A stretch of 64,000 nucleotides of DNA from Torpedo marmorata. Taxonomy: Eukaryota. Location of the stretch: NCBI GenBank assembly GCA_977017645.1, contig OZ360229.1, positions 78,120,001-78,184,000 on the forward strand, written 5' to 3'. Below, piece by piece: positions 63,314 through 64,000 of the stretch; position 1 is the first letter of the stretch, and every line of letters starts with the position of its first letter. The notes under the pieces were generated by a model, which did not search any database, was not told the DNA's origin, and saw only the letters and a program-made list of their open reading frames with translations. A program made the position numbers and the translations under genes.

Positions 63314-64000
63314 CTACAAGTTAATGTTGGTAACACCACATTTCTTATCCGATAATCCAAATGTCCTAATCTAATAAAAAGACTGCAGCCACTTAAAGCA
63401 CATCAATAGATTTCGATTGACTAATAACTTTAAAAAAAAAAGTTTCATTTTTTTCAGGATCGAAATAACTTACTGAGAACAGAACTGCATTTCAAGTATC
63501 TAATAACACAACAGCTAGACTGCAGTAACTGGGGCATCTAATTATTAATGTATAAGGGAGGGAATTGTAGTTCACTCAATGTTGATCTTGCTTCTATGCA
63601 ACTAAAATATTCAAAATTGTCATGATGAATTAGTCTTCAAGTTCCAGTACATTAAACAATTCATAGCCCGTAATATATTAACAGAGCAAATTCTGACAGA
63701 ATCAGAGCCTCCTATTTCTCTCATGCACTCGTGTTCCTGGGTTGTATACCAAGACTCTAAAATGATGTGTTCGTAATTGTAAATGACTGCTGTTGATCAT
63801 TATACATGTTAAACTTTTGGTTTATTACCCAAATGAAAAGAAGCAAAAGCAGGAAATAGCATTTTATAAATCATCTTATTGCAGCATGCTGGAACTGCCA
63901 GACTGTCTAGACAATACTCTAAGCACACACTAGTTGTTTAAGTTACAATATTTGATCAAACTATTAATACTTTTATTTTATAAGGCACTGCAGCTGTGAG

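Noticed and set aside
63314-64000. NCAM1 MSD1 micro-exons or the AAG triplet exon upstream of exon 13
   Set aside because: None could be identified in the remaining 690 bp; if present they probably lie beyond the window.

Overview
Vertebrate genomic DNA, most likely a cartilaginous fish, probably a ray (inferred from V-SINE/HE1-like, DeuSINE, CR1, Rex1/Babar and Penelope repeats, not proven). Most of the window is the 3' half of NCAM1 on the minus strand. I reconstructed seven exons with consistent GT-AG phases, numbered by homology to mammals: exons 13 and 14 (second FN3 domain), exon 15 (GPI signal, NCAM-120), exon 16 (transmembrane), exon 17, exon 18 (798 bp, NCAM-180), and exon 19 with a ~2.3 kb 3' UTR. 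A small two-exon CD225/dispanin (IFITM-like) gene lies tail-to-tail on the plus strand at the left edge. The introns are packed with transposons: a complete BEL/Pao LTR element with a 5-bp TSD, three L1-clade copies with TSDs, hAT MITEs, and Penelope fragments carrying hammerhead-ribozyme-like motifs; a Tigger-like MITE lies just outside the gene. I see no convincing wholly new multi-gene system. The best leads are the 290-nt AG-free zone with a distant branch point before the GPI exon, the hammerhead motifs (some sense to the NCAM1 pre-mRNA), and the dispanin gene where TTC12 is expected. All identifications and counts were made by eye; no database search was run.
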